Assembly (NCBI GenBank): GCA_965223505.1
Contig: CBDCWP010000030.1
Location: forward strand, 244,860-308,859
Reading direction: 5' to 3'
DNA length: 64,000 nt
Source of the DNA: Planctomycetota bacterium
GTDB lineage: Bacteria > Planctomycetota > PLA2 > JAEUHO01
This document shows, piece by piece, positions 53,757 to 63,743 of the stretch. Under the pieces are notes generated by a model. That model worked only from the letters and a program-made list of their open reading frames with translations. It made no database searches and had not been told where the DNA came from. The translations under genes were made by a program, and so were the position numbers. The first letter of the stretch is position 1. Every line of letters starts with the position of its first letter.

Positions 53757-54197
53757 ATGGTGCGTACGAACGCCGATGGCTGCTGGGAGGAGCTGGCACG
53801 CTTCCCTGCGCCGGTTGCGCGTTCGCTCCTGTGGCAGGCGCTGCTCGACAAGACCGAGCATCCCGAGCGCTACAACCCACGCTTTCGAAGCGCGCAGCTC
53901 ATCGACCACGACCCGACGGTCGTCTTGCGGCGGCTGTACCCCCGCGAGGGCGCGCCGTTCACGGAGTTCGTCCATCACGAGCGCGGGGAGCTGCGCGTGG
54001 AGTGCGTGCGCCCCGGCGGGTGGCGCACGGCGCAGGCGGTGGTGGAGACGGACGAGGGGCGCTTTCTCGTGTACGAGGTGAGTGACGAGCGCGCGGCGCG
54101 CGCGACGGGGATCAACCGCCGTCGGGCGGAGCGCACGCTGCGACAGCTGCTGGCGGGCGCGGAGCTTCGCCGTCGCTCTCGCGAGGGCGCGGTCTGA
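53757..54197 (+). CDS. Hypothetical SRPBCC/AtaL-like protein
   Basis: 'LLWQALLDKTEHPERYNP' resembles the SRPBCC/AtaL N-terminus. Confidence 0.55.
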   Translation: MVRTNADGCWEELARFPAPVARSLLWQALLDKTEHPERYNPRFRSAQLIDHDPTVVLRRLYPREGAPFTEFVHHERGELRVECVRPGGWRTAQAVVETDEGRFLVYEVSDERAARATGINRRRAERTLRQLLAGAELRRRSREGAV

Positions 54198-54198
54198 G

Positions 54199-54507
54199 CT
54201 ACGGCGTGGGCGGGATGGCGAAGGCGCCGGTACCGGTTCGTCCGATCGCGTTGTCGCCGCCGCAGTGGTTGGCGTAGACCTCGGTCTGCTCGCAGGGGGC
54301 TCCGCAGTCGGGGATCGAGTCGAGCTCGCTGTCGAGGCGATCGACGCCGGAGCAGACGGTGCGCTTCGCGCAGTTCCAGGAGCTCTCGACGGAGCCCGCG
54401 ACGGATCTGGCGCCGGACGCGACGTTGTCGCGGACGCAGCACACCTGCTGGCAGCCGGTACAGACGAGGAGGGCGAGAGCCAGGAACGCGATGAGGGATG
54501 TACGCAT
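54199..54507 (-). CDS. Small Cys-rich lipoprotein
   Basis: Lipobox-like 'LVCTGC' and seven further Cys residues in the mature part. Confidence 0.65.
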   Translation of the reverse strand: MRTSLIAFLALALLVCTGCQQVCCVRDNVASGARSVAGSVESSWNCAKRTVCSGVDRLDSELDSIPDCGAPCEQTEVYANHCGGDNAIGRTGTGAFAIPPTP

Positions 54508-54661
54508 ATTGCGTTAGGTCGGCCGAAGGTGACCGGCTCCTGATCGGATCCCTGCGGGAGACGGTGAAAGCGGATGCGGGCCGCGGCCCGCTTTCGCCAT
54601 CTCCCGATCCAGGTCTGGTGCAGGTTCACGTGCACGTTCACGTCGACGGGACGCAGGACCT

Positions 54662-54688
54662 GTAGGGGCAGCCCTGGTGGCTGCCCAA
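54662..54688. repeat. Single REP copy
   Basis: GTAGGGGCAGCCCTGGTGGCTGCCCAA. Confidence 0.85.
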
Positions 54689-54744
54689 TTGGGCGGATGG
54701 AGGAGCGACCGTGGTCGCGCTGGTGCGTCCGACGGCGGTAGACG

Positions 54745-54777
54745 AAAAACGGGCGGGCGCCTCGAGGCGCCCGCCCG
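54745..54777 (-). terminator. Rho-independent terminator of the 54812-55597 gene
   Basis: On the minus strand, the CGGGCGGGCGCCTCGAGGCGCCCGCCCG hairpin is followed by TTTTT. Confidence 0.75.
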
Positions 54778-54811
54778 CATGAATCGCAGTCGAGTTGAAG
54801 GGGTCCCCCCG

Positions 54812-55597
54812 CTATGCGGTCTTCTTCTCGGTCTTGGGCGTCAGCTTCCAGAGCTCACGCTGGGCCTTGGCGAGCTCGTCGAGCTCCGCACGCACGTCGG
54901 CACGCTCCTTCTTGACCTTCTCGAGCTTCTTCTCGTCGTCGGCCGCGCGCGCTTCCTTGTCGGCAAGCGTCTTCTCGGCGTTCGCGAGCTTGTCCTGCTC
55001 GGTCAGCATCTTCAGGTGGTCCTTGACGACCTTGTCGAGCTTCTCTTTCCAGAACTTGCCGGAGACCTTCTTCATCGCGCTGAAGAGGCCGCTCGCCTTG
55101 AGCTTGCTCTTCTCGACGACGGTCACCTTGGTCTTGACGGGATCGACGAGCAACATGCGCGGCACGTCTTTGCCGTGGCCGGTCAGGATCGCATCGGCTT
55201 CGACCTGCTCGGGATCCATCTTGACGGTGCGGAAGGCGCGCATGCCGAGCGCGATCTTCTCGTCCTTCAGGATGATATCGTTGATCTTGTCGATGCCTTC
55301 GCAGACCTCGGTCTCGTCGCAGACGAACACCAGGATCGGCTTGTCGGACCACTTGAGCTGCGCGTCGTCGGACGCCTCGTCTTCCGTCGCGTCCTCACCG
55401 GTGACGACGGCTACGGCCGGCTTGGTGATCGACTCGACGGTGTGCCACTGGATGGTGAGTGCGGCCATGCTGGCCGAGGAGCGACCGCTCCCCTTGCTTC
55501 CGCCTCCGCCGCATCACCCGGCTTCCGCGGGGATCGTCCCAAGGACGGCAAGTGCGGCCATCGAAAAGACGGCTACGAAGAATGATGCTCTGCGCAT
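54812..55597 (-). CDS. Secreted thioredoxin-like protein with in-frame TGA (candidate selenoprotein), paralog B
   Basis: AGGAG plus ATG 55597 gives MRRASFFVAVFSMAALAVLGTIPAEAG, then TGA (55514-55516), then CGGGGSKGSGRSSASMAALTIQW in the same frame as ORF 54812-55468. Confidence 0.72.
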
Positions 55598-55842
55598 GAA
55601 CAGCTCCTGATGCGGGGAGTTGAGATCGATCAGCGGTGTATACGTCCCAAGTGTAGCGGCTGCGCCCCCATTTCGGCCGGCAAAAGGCCATTGGGGGCCG
55701 TTTGACCGGGGTCCGATGTCCTGCTGCACAACCGCACACCGGCGCGCGAATTGAGAACGGGCGAGCGCCGAAGCGCCCGCCCGCAGGTGATGGGTAGGTC
55801 GAGAGCCCGAAAGGGGCCGCGCCCTTCTCGGACGGAGGACGG

Positions 55843-56607
55843 CTACGCGGTCTTCTTCGCCTTGGGCGTGAGCTTCCAGAGCTCGGCCTGGGCCTTCGCG
55901 AGCTTCTCGAGCTCGGCGCGGACCTCGGCGCGCTCCTTCTTGACCTTCTCGAGCTTCTTCTCGTCGTCGGCCGCGCGCGCTTCCTTGTCGGCAAGCGTCT
56001 TTTCGGCGTTCGCGAGCTGGTCCTGCTCGGTCAACATCGAAAGGTGCTCCTTGACGACCTTGTCGAGCTTTTCCTTCCAGAACTTGTTCGAAACCTTCTT
56101 CATCGCGCTGAAGAGGCCGCTCGCCTTGAGCTTGCCCTTCTCGACGACGGTGACCTTGAGCTTGACCGGATCCAAGAGGAGCATGCGCGGGACTTCCTTG
56201 CCGTTGCCCTCGAGGAACGGATCGGCGTCGACCTGGCTGGGGGTCATCTTCACGGTGCGGAACGCACGAACGCCCAGCGCGACCTTCTCGTCCTTCAGGA
56301 TGATGTCGTTGACCTTGTCGAGACCTTCGCACGCCTCGGTGTCGTCGCAGACGAAGACGAGAATCGGCTTGTCGGTCCACTTGAGCTCGGCCTCGCCGGT
56401 CTCTTCGTCGGCTGCTTCCTCACCCGTGACGACGGCCTTGGAAGGCTTGGAGATCGTCTCGACGCTCTCCCACTTGATGTTGAGGGCGGCCAAACTGGCG
56501 CCCGAACGGCCGTTGCATCACCCGGCTTCCGCGGTGATGTTGCCGACGATGGCGATCCCGAGGCCGACGATCAATGCCGCGGCGACGTACATCGATGCTC
56601 TACGCAT
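55843..56607 (-). CDS. Secreted thioredoxin-like protein with in-frame TGA (candidate selenoprotein), paralog A
   Basis: AAGGAG plus ATG 56607 gives MRRASMYVAAALIVGLGIAIVGNITAEAG, then TGA (56518-56520), then CNGRSGASLAALNIKW in the same frame as ORF 55843-56493. Confidence 0.72.
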
Positions 56608-56829
56608 TCGATTCTCCTTCTGGAACTGCGGTTACGACGCCCCAAATGGGTAGCTGCGGGGTGCAGCGCCTCCCTTGATTCGTCGGGAAATCCAATGGTC
56701 TGACGTTGAATGTATCGGAAACGATCCCCAATCTGTGGGGCCTGACGCAGGTCGAAAGTCCCTGAGGGCCGTAGTGGCGGTCTTTCGGCCCTGGACCGGC
56801 GGCCTGCGAGGTCCCGTTAGGGTTCTCGA

Positions 56830-57441
56830 ATGGCCGCGCCCGAACCCTGGAAGAAGCCCAGTCCGCTCCCCGATCCGGTCGCCACGACCGACCGGCTCGT
56901 GATCGGCTGGTACGGAGCGTCGGACGCCGAAGCGCTCCACCGGGTCGTGGCGTCGAACCGCGCCGCCCTGCTGCCCTGGTTGCCGTGGGCCGCGAAGGAG
57001 CACGGCGACGTGCGTACGAGCCGCGAGCAGATCGCCGACTTCGAGGCACAGCGCGCGTCTCCCAACTGCACCAACTTCGTCATGGCCATCTTCGATCGGG
57101 CCGGCGAGCTCGTCGGTGGAACGGGCTTCCACCTCGTCGATCGCGACGCCCACAAGGCCGACATCGGGTACTGGGTGCGCGCGGACCGGCGCCGGCAAGG
57201 ACTGTGCACCGAGGCCGTCGCTGCGCTCATCACGGCGGGCTTTGACGCCTGGCACTTCCGACGCATTCGCATCCAGTGTGCGGCGGCCAACGCGTCGTCG
57301 GTGATGGTGATCGAGAAGCTCGGGCTTCGGCGCGAGGGGCGCGAGGTGCAGGCGCGCTACGTCGAAGGTCACGGTTGGACCGACCAGCTGACGTTCGGCG
57401 TGCTTCGTGACGAGTGGGACGCGGGCCGAGGTCCCGCCTGA
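56830..57441 (+). CDS. GNAT N-acetyltransferase, RimJ/RimL type
   Basis: 'IGYWVRADRRRQGLCTEAV' and 'NASS..VIEKLG.RREG'. Confidence 0.88.
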   Translation: MAAPEPWKKPSPLPDPVATTDRLVIGWYGASDAEALHRVVASNRAALLPWLPWAAKEHGDVRTSREQIADFEAQRASPNCTNFVMAIFDRAGELVGGTGFHLVDRDAHKADIGYWVRADRRRQGLCTEAVAALITAGFDAWHFRRIRIQCAAANASSVMVIEKLGLRREGREVQARYVEGHGWTDQLTFGVLRDEWDAGRGPA

Positions 57442-57503
57442 CCGGCACGGCGCGTTCCGCGACGCCTGCAATCGTTGCTACGGTGGGCGTGTTGGGGGCA
57501 GCC

Positions 57504-59294
57504 ATGCACGAATCGCGAACGCGTCGCACCGGATGGAACGCACTTCGGACGATCGGCATCGCGTTGCCAGCGGTCGCGTTCGTCACGCTCACGCTGGGCG
57601 GGTTCGCGAACGCGGACCCCGCCGCGAAGGACCCCGCCGCGGAAGCGGCCAAGGTCGAGCTCGGCCGACGCCTGTTCTTCGATCCCAACGTGAGCCGCAG
57701 CGGCACCGTGTCGTGCGGCTCGTGCCACCTGCCGGACCACGGCTTCAGCCACCCGGACAAGACGAACCGCGACGACGACGGGACGATGACGAAGCGTCAC
57801 TCGATGACGCTGATCGACACGAAGGGCGACGGATTCCACTGGGACGGCGAGTTCAAGCACCTCGTCGATCTCGTGACGGCTCGCGTCGGCAACGCGAACG
57901 AGGTCGTGCGCATCGGCGAGGGCCGGGACGATCCGCTCCGCACCGCAAATCGAGGCGGGTACGCGCAAGCAGCAATGCTCGCCCACCGCGAGGTGGCGCG
58001 CGCGCTCAACGAGGACGGCACCTATCGCAGCGCGTTCGAGGCGGCGTTCGGCACGTCGACCGCGTTCACCGAGCGGATCGCGATCGCCATGAGCGCGTAC
58101 GTCGAGAGCCTGCGTCACACGCGCGCGCCGATCGATGCGTACCTCGACGGAGACCAGAGCGCGCTTTCGGCGCCCGCGCAGCGCGGCATGAAGCTCTTCC
58201 AGGGCGCGGCGGGCTGCAGCGAGTGCCACACCATCAAGGGCAAGAGCCCGGACTTCACGGACGGCGCCTTCCACAACACGGGGATCGCGTGGAAGGCTGG
58301 TCCGGTCGGGGATCCCGACATCAGCGTCAAGAGCGCCGACGAAGGCCGCTTCGCGTTCACCTCGAAGTCGAACGACATGCGCAGCTTCAAGACACCGAGC
58401 CTGCGCGACGTCGCCAAGCGTCCTCCGTACATGCACGACGGCTCGTTCCCGACGCTGGAAGAGGTCGTCCGGTACTACGCGTCGGTTCGCAAGACGAACC
58501 AGGACGGGCTCCTCGATGCGAAGCTGAAGTCCTTCGAGCCGACGGACCGCGACGTGGACGATCTCGTTGCGTTCCTCGAGTCGCTGTCCGGCAGCGAGCG
58601 CCCGGGCGTGGCGGACACGCCGTGGACGGCGCGTGCCGAGAACGCGGGGGTGCGCCTCGTCGATCGAACCGGCGCGCCGCTCCGCAACGTGACCGTGCGC
58701 GTGACCGGCGCCGGCGACGTCGCCTGGAAGGGCGCTTCGCCGGCCAGGGCGTTCTCTTGCACGACGGACGAGCGCGGCTGGATCGACCTGCCGGCGATCG
58801 ATCACACGCACTGGCGTATCGAAATGCCGGTGGACCGCCCGGACGTGGACGGACCATCGGCGACGGTCAAGGAGACGCTGCAACTCGCGCAGCCCACTCC
58901 GGTCTTCGGGCACCCCAGCCACCGCCCGACGCCGCGGCCGGACCGGGTGCAGGACGTCTGGATTCCCGATACGTGCGCCGCACGAACCGTGCGGCTGCCG
59001 GTGGACGGCTTCGCGCGCTTCGACGTCGATCTGCCGCGCGAGACGGTGGCACCTGACGTGCTTGCGCTCGAATCGACGGTTGACGTCGGCAAGCCGTTCC
59101 CCGCGACGCGGCTTCACAGCGTCGAGACGAAGCAGGGCAAGCGCGTGACGTACGGCGTCTGGCTGCGCGGGCTGTACCAGGAGGCGCTGCCGTTCACGTT
59201 CCAGTTGCCGGGGGGCGCGGCCGGTCTCGAGCGGTGGATCCAGCTCGACCGCGACGAGACGAACGTGGCGCGCACGTCGGCCAACAGGAAGTAG
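57504..59294 (+). CDS. Di-haem cytochrome c peroxidase/MauG-family protein with C-terminal extension
   Basis: 'LGRRLFFDP', CxxCH motifs 'CGSCH' and 'CSECH', 'FHWDG', and 'FKTPSLRDV...PYMHDG'. Confidence 0.88.
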   Translation: MHESRTRRTGWNALRTIGIALPAVAFVTLTLGGFANADPAAKDPAAEAAKVELGRRLFFDPNVSRSGTVSCGSCHLPDHGFSHPDKTNRDDDGTMTKRHSMTLIDTKGDGFHWDGEFKHLVDLVTARVGNANEVVRIGEGRDDPLRTANRGGYAQAAMLAHREVARALNEDGTYRSAFEAAFGTSTAFTERIAIAMSAYVESLRHTRAPIDAYLDGDQSALSAPAQRGMKLFQGAAGCSECHTIKGKSPDFTDGAFHNTGIAWKAGPVGDPDISVKSADEGRFAFTSKSNDMRSFKTPSLRDVAKRPPYMHDGSFPTLEEVVRYYASVRKTNQDGLLDAKLKSFEPTDRDVDDLVAFLESLSGSERPGVADTPWTARAENAGVRLVDRTGAPLRNVTVRVTGAGDVAWKGASPARAFSCTTDERGWIDLPAIDHTHWRIEMPVDRPDVDGPSATVKETLQLAQPTPVFGHPSHRPTPRPDRVQDVWIPDTCAARTVRLPVDGFARFDVDLPRETVAPDVLALESTVDVGKPFPATRLHSVETKQGKRVTYGVWLRGLYQEALPFTFQLPGGAAGLERWIQLDRDETNVARTSANRK

Positions 59295-60242
59295 TCAGGG
59301 CGCGGCGACCCAGCCGTCGCCGCGTTTGACGAACCGGTCCTCACGAAGCGTCTTCTGAGGCGCCCACGACAGCACGACCGCGCTCGCGGCGTCCAGCATG
59401 CGCGTGCCGACGTAGTGCCGTGCCGCGTTCTGGGCGTCTGCCGAGAGCCACGCGGCGCGCACCGTCCCTCCCGCGGGGCGCTCCCGCGTGACGCCGCGCG
59501 GCGCCGGTGACGGCCGGTCGGGAAACACCCCGCGATGAAGCGCGAGCACACGCGCGAGCTCTTCGATGGGTCGTGCATGGTCTTCGACGTGCAAGTCGAT
59601 GTACCGGTCGTTCCATGCGGCGTACCCGCCGCCGCGCCGGACGACCAACAGCGCGGCGGACTGCCGTCCCCGTTTGTCGCCGCCGGCCGCTTGCCCCGCG
59701 GCCAGCGCCGCGACCAGGCGTTCGGGCAACTCCGCCTCGCTCTCTTCGAACGCTCGCGCCATGGCGTTCACGACCGTCTCACCGGCGAGGATGTTGCCTT
59801 GGCAACAGTACCCGTCCCCGATCTTGTGACCCGCCCATTCGTTGTTCCTCGATCCCGTGTAGGCGCAGGACACACCGCGCGCGTCGACGACACCGAGCTG
59901 ACGACGATCGCGTCCCGCGTCCTCGCGTGTGAGCGTCGCGACGACGTCGGTGGCATCGACGCCCACGTCCAGCAGCGCCAATCCGCGCGGACCGTAGGTC
60001 GTGTTGGCGTACGCCTGCGTCGCAATCGCGCCCACGTCCGCGCGCGCGAAGGGCACGACGGCGCCGACGCCGAGGAACTTGCTCTGCACCGCCACACCCA
60101 GGTCGCCGGTGTCGGGATCGCGCGCCACGATCGAGAACGTCGCGACGGGACCGGCGTCTCGCGGCGGGCTCGCACGTTCGTCCCCGCCGCAGCCGGCTAC
60201 GCACAACACCACGAGAACGAGCAACGAAGGGCGATGGACCAT
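59295..60242 (-). CDS. DUF1028 (Ntn-hydrolase-like) lipoprotein
   Basis: Lipobox 'VAGC', 'TFSIVARD...GVAVQS', 'QGNIL' and 'GGDKRGRQSAAL'. Confidence 0.85.
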   Translation of the reverse strand: MVHRPSLLVLVVLCVAGCGGDERASPPRDAGPVATFSIVARDPDTGDLGVAVQSKFLGVGAVVPFARADVGAIATQAYANTTYGPRGLALLDVGVDATDVVATLTREDAGRDRRQLGVVDARGVSCAYTGSRNNEWAGHKIGDGYCCQGNILAGETVVNAMARAFEESEAELPERLVAALAAGQAAGGDKRGRQSAALLVVRRGGGYAAWNDRYIDLHVEDHARPIEELARVLALHRGVFPDRPSPAPRGVTRERPAGGTVRAAWLSADAQNAARHYVGTRMLDAASAVVLSWAPQKTLREDRFVKRGDGWVAAP

Positions 60243-60317
60243 GGCGCGCTCCACAATCGGGGGGCACGAGATCGCCCCGCTGATTACCATTCTGCGCCCA
60301 CATGGAGGTCGATCGCA

Positions 60318-63300
60318 ATGCAGCCCGCCCGACTGTTCGCCCTGCTCGCACTCACTGTCGTCCCGATCCTCGGCGCGTCCGCCGCGTCGGCCGACCAGGC
60401 GTCGGAGACGTTGCTCCTGCAGTCGCCGACGATCTCGGAAGACCACATCGTCTTCGTCTATGCGCGCGATCTCTGGGTCGTCGGTCGGGAAGGCGGCGAC
60501 GCGCGCCGCCTGACGAGCCACGTCGGCAGCGAGTCGAACCCGCACCTTAGCCCTGACGGCACGATGGTGGCGTTCAGCGGCGCCTACGACGGCAACACCG
60601 ACGTCTACGTGATGCCGATCGACGGCGGCGTTCCGCAGCGACTCACCTGGCATCCGGCAAGCGACACGGTCCAGGGCTGGCATCCGGACGGCAAACGCGT
60701 GCTGTTCTCGAGCGCGCGGGGCGGTCGGCCGGGGCGAACCCTCTACCTCGTCTCGGACGAGGGCGGCATGCCGCGCGAGCTGAAGATCCCGCGCGTCGGG
60801 CACGCGTCCTACAACGACACGGGCGACCGCATCGCGTACACGCCGATGAACGACGCGTTTCGCTCGTGGAAGCGCTACCGCGGCGGCCTGACGCCGCCGG
60901 TGTGGATCTACGACCCGGCAACGCACGGGATCGAGCAGATCCCGCACGTGAACGCTTCGGACACGTTCCCGTGCTGGATCGGCGACGACGTCTACTTCGC
61001 GTCCGATCGCACGAACCGCATGGAGATCTGGAAGTTCACGCCGGGCAGCAAGGCGCCGGTGCAGATCACGAAGTCCAGGAGCTTCGACGTGCGCTCGATG
61101 TCGTCGGGCGCCGGTGTGCTGGCGTACGAGCAGGCGGGCGCGCTGCATGTCTACGACCCGGAGAGCGGCTCGAGCGAACGGCTGCGCATCACGGTCCGCT
61201 CGGACGGCCTGCACAGCATCCCGCGCTGGCAGACGGTTCGCGGCGGCGTGCGCAACGCCGCGATCTCGCCGAACGGAAAGCGAGCGGCGTTCGAAGCGCG
61301 CGGCGAGATCATCACCGTCCCGCGCGAGCACGGCGCGCCGCGCAACATCACCGACTCGCCCGGCGTCCACGACCGCGACCCGGTCTGGAGTCCCGACGGC
61401 GCCACGATCGCCTGGTTCAGTGACGCCGGCGGTGAGTACCGGCTGGCGGTGCGAGATCGCCGCGGACGAGAGCCGATCACGTACCACGCGCTCGGCGGGG
61501 CGGGCTTCTACCACGACCCCGTGTGGAGCCCGGACGGCAAGCACATCCTGTTCAGCGACAAGGGCAACCGCCTCGCGTACATCACGCTCGAGACCGGCAA
61601 GGTGACGCCGATCAGCCGGACGCAGGGGGCGCTCGGCGTGTGGCGTCCGTTCGGCGTGTGGTCGCCCGACAGCAAGTGGATCGCGTACGAGAAGAAGAAC
61701 CCGAACACGGCCTACAACGGCGTCGATCTGTTCGAGGTCGCGACCGGCAATACGACGCCGCTGACCGACGCGTTCAGCAACGCCGACTCGCCCACGTTCT
61801 CCCGGGACGGCGAGCACCTGTTCTTCCGCGCGTCCGTCAACAGCGGTCCGCGCAGCTTCGGGCTGGACCTGTCCACGTCGACACTGCGCACGCCGAGCAG
61901 CAGTCTCTACTTCGTCGTGCTGAAGAAGGACGGCAAGAACCCGCTTGCGGCGCGCAGTGACGACGAGGAGCCCAAGCCGAAGAAGGACCAGAAGAAGGAC
62001 GCGCCCAAGAAGGACGCGGACAAGAAGGACCCGGACAAGAAGAAAGAGAAGAAGGACGACGAGGACGCGCCCGGGAAGAAAGACGACGAGGGCGACGACG
62101 AGAAGGACGACGAGAAGAAGCAGCCCGAGGACGAGGCGAAGCCCGCCGCGAAGGAAGACGACGAGGGCGCGAAGGACGACGAAGCGGGCTCCAAGGAGGC
62201 CGCAGAGAAGCCCTCCATCGACGTCGAGGACATCGACCAGCGCATTCTCGCACTCCCGGCGGCCGGCTCCGGCACGTTCTACAACCTGCAGTGCTCGCAC
62301 GGCAAGCTGCTCTATCTCCACCGCCCGACGAGCGGCGGCGGGTCGTCGATGAAGGGCTTCGACTTCAAGAGCCGCAAGGCCACGGACGTCATGAGCGGCG
62401 TGAGCGCATTCGAGGTCTCGGCGACGGGCAAGCACGTTCTCGTCCGTGTCGGCTCGCGTTGGTCGGTCGTGAACGAGTCCGGCAAGGGCAAGAAGGACTT
62501 CGGCATCGACAACGTCAAGGTGCGCGTGGTGCCGGAGCTCGAGTGGGCCGCAGATCCTGCGCGAGACCTGGCGCATCCAGCGCGACTACTTCTACGACTC
62601 GAACATGCACGGCGTCGATTGGAACGCCATGTGGGAGCGCTGGAGCCCCTTCCTGCCGCATGTCAGGCACCGCAGCGACCTCTCGGTGCTCCAGAGTGAG
62701 CTGATGGGCGAGCTGTGCTGCGGCCACGAGTACGTGAGCGGCGGAGACACGCCCCGCGCGCCGTCCGGCAACAATGTCGGGCTCCTGGGCGCGGACCTCG
62801 AGATCCACAACGGCCGCTTCCGCGTCGCGCGCATCTACAAGGGCCAGAACTGGAACACGCGGTTGCGCGCGCCGCTCACGGAGCCGGGGGTGGACGTCAA
62901 CGTCGGCGACTACCTGATCGCGGTGAACGGCGAGGACATCACGTACAACGCGAACCTCTACCAGGCGTTCGAAGGCATGGCGAACCAACGCGTCGAGCTC
63001 ACCCTGTCGGCGACGGCGGACGGCTCGGAACCGCGCACGACGACCGTCGTTCCGCTCTCGAACGACGGGACACTGCGGCGTCTCGCCTGGATCGAAGGCA
63101 ACCGGCGCAAGGTCGACGAGCTCTCGAACGGCCGCTTGGCGTACGTGTACATGCCGAACACCGGGCGCGGCGGTCTCGCGGCGTTCGACCGCGACTACTT
63201 CAGCCAGCTCGACAAGGAAGGCCTGGTGCTCGACGAGCGCTACAACGGCGGCGGCAAGGTCGCCGACTACGTCGTGGAGATCCTCGACCGCGAGCCCATC

Positions 63301-63732
63301 TGCTACTGGATGAACCGCGAGGGCTGGCTCGGGCGGACGCCGTTCGGCACGATGACGGGCCCCAAGGTGATGATCATCAACGCGTACGCGGGCTCCGGCG
63401 GCGACGCGATGCCGTGGATGTTCCGCAAGCTCGGGCTCGGTAAGCTCGTCGGTACGCGCACATGGGGCGGGCTCGTCGGCATCTCGGGGTACCCGCCGCT
63501 GATGGACGGCGGCAGCGTGACGGCCGCGAACTTCGGCATCATGGACACGGACGGCAACTGGGTCGTTGAGAACGTGGGCGTCGCGCCCGACATCGAGGTG
63601 TTCCAGACGCCGAAGGGCATGCTCGACGGCGGCGATCCGCAGCTCGAGCGCGCGGTGCGGGAAGCACTGAAGATGCTCGAAACCCACGTACCCCCGAAGA
63701 AGCCGGAATACAAGCCGCCGAGCAAGCGGTAG
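60318..63732 (+). CDS. Tricorn-like S41 protease (PD40 propellers, PDZ, S41); apparent 1-nt frameshift at about 62545-62547
   Basis: Signal peptide, repeated 'P.WSPDG', 'WKRYRGG', 'RYNGGG', 'AGSGGD' and 'GTRTWGG'. Removing one G gives EWPQILRETWRIQRDYFYD, joining the two ORFs. Confidence 0.9.
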
Positions 63733-63743
63733 GCAGGAGCCGG

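Noticed and set aside
55395..55516. TGATG translational coupling to a new ORF after the signal-peptide ORF
   Set aside because: The overlapping ATG is out of frame with the conserved body and gives a short, non-conserved Arg-rich peptide.
54812..56607. Alternative genetic code (TGA=Trp/Gly) as the explanation for the in-frame TGAs
   Set aside because: Many conserved genes here end correctly at TGA (e.g. pccB, biotin carboxylase, ispH), and Trp is encoded by TGG.
56610..56829. Possible riboswitch or structured leader upstream of paralog A
   Set aside because: Hairpins and a TACATT -10-like element are present, but no known riboswitch consensus is recognisable. An Rfam scan would be needed.
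59295..62576. 1093-aa minus-strand ORF
   Set aside because: Only the last part (from ATG 60242) is the DUF1028 gene. The rest is an antisense shadow of the tricorn gene.
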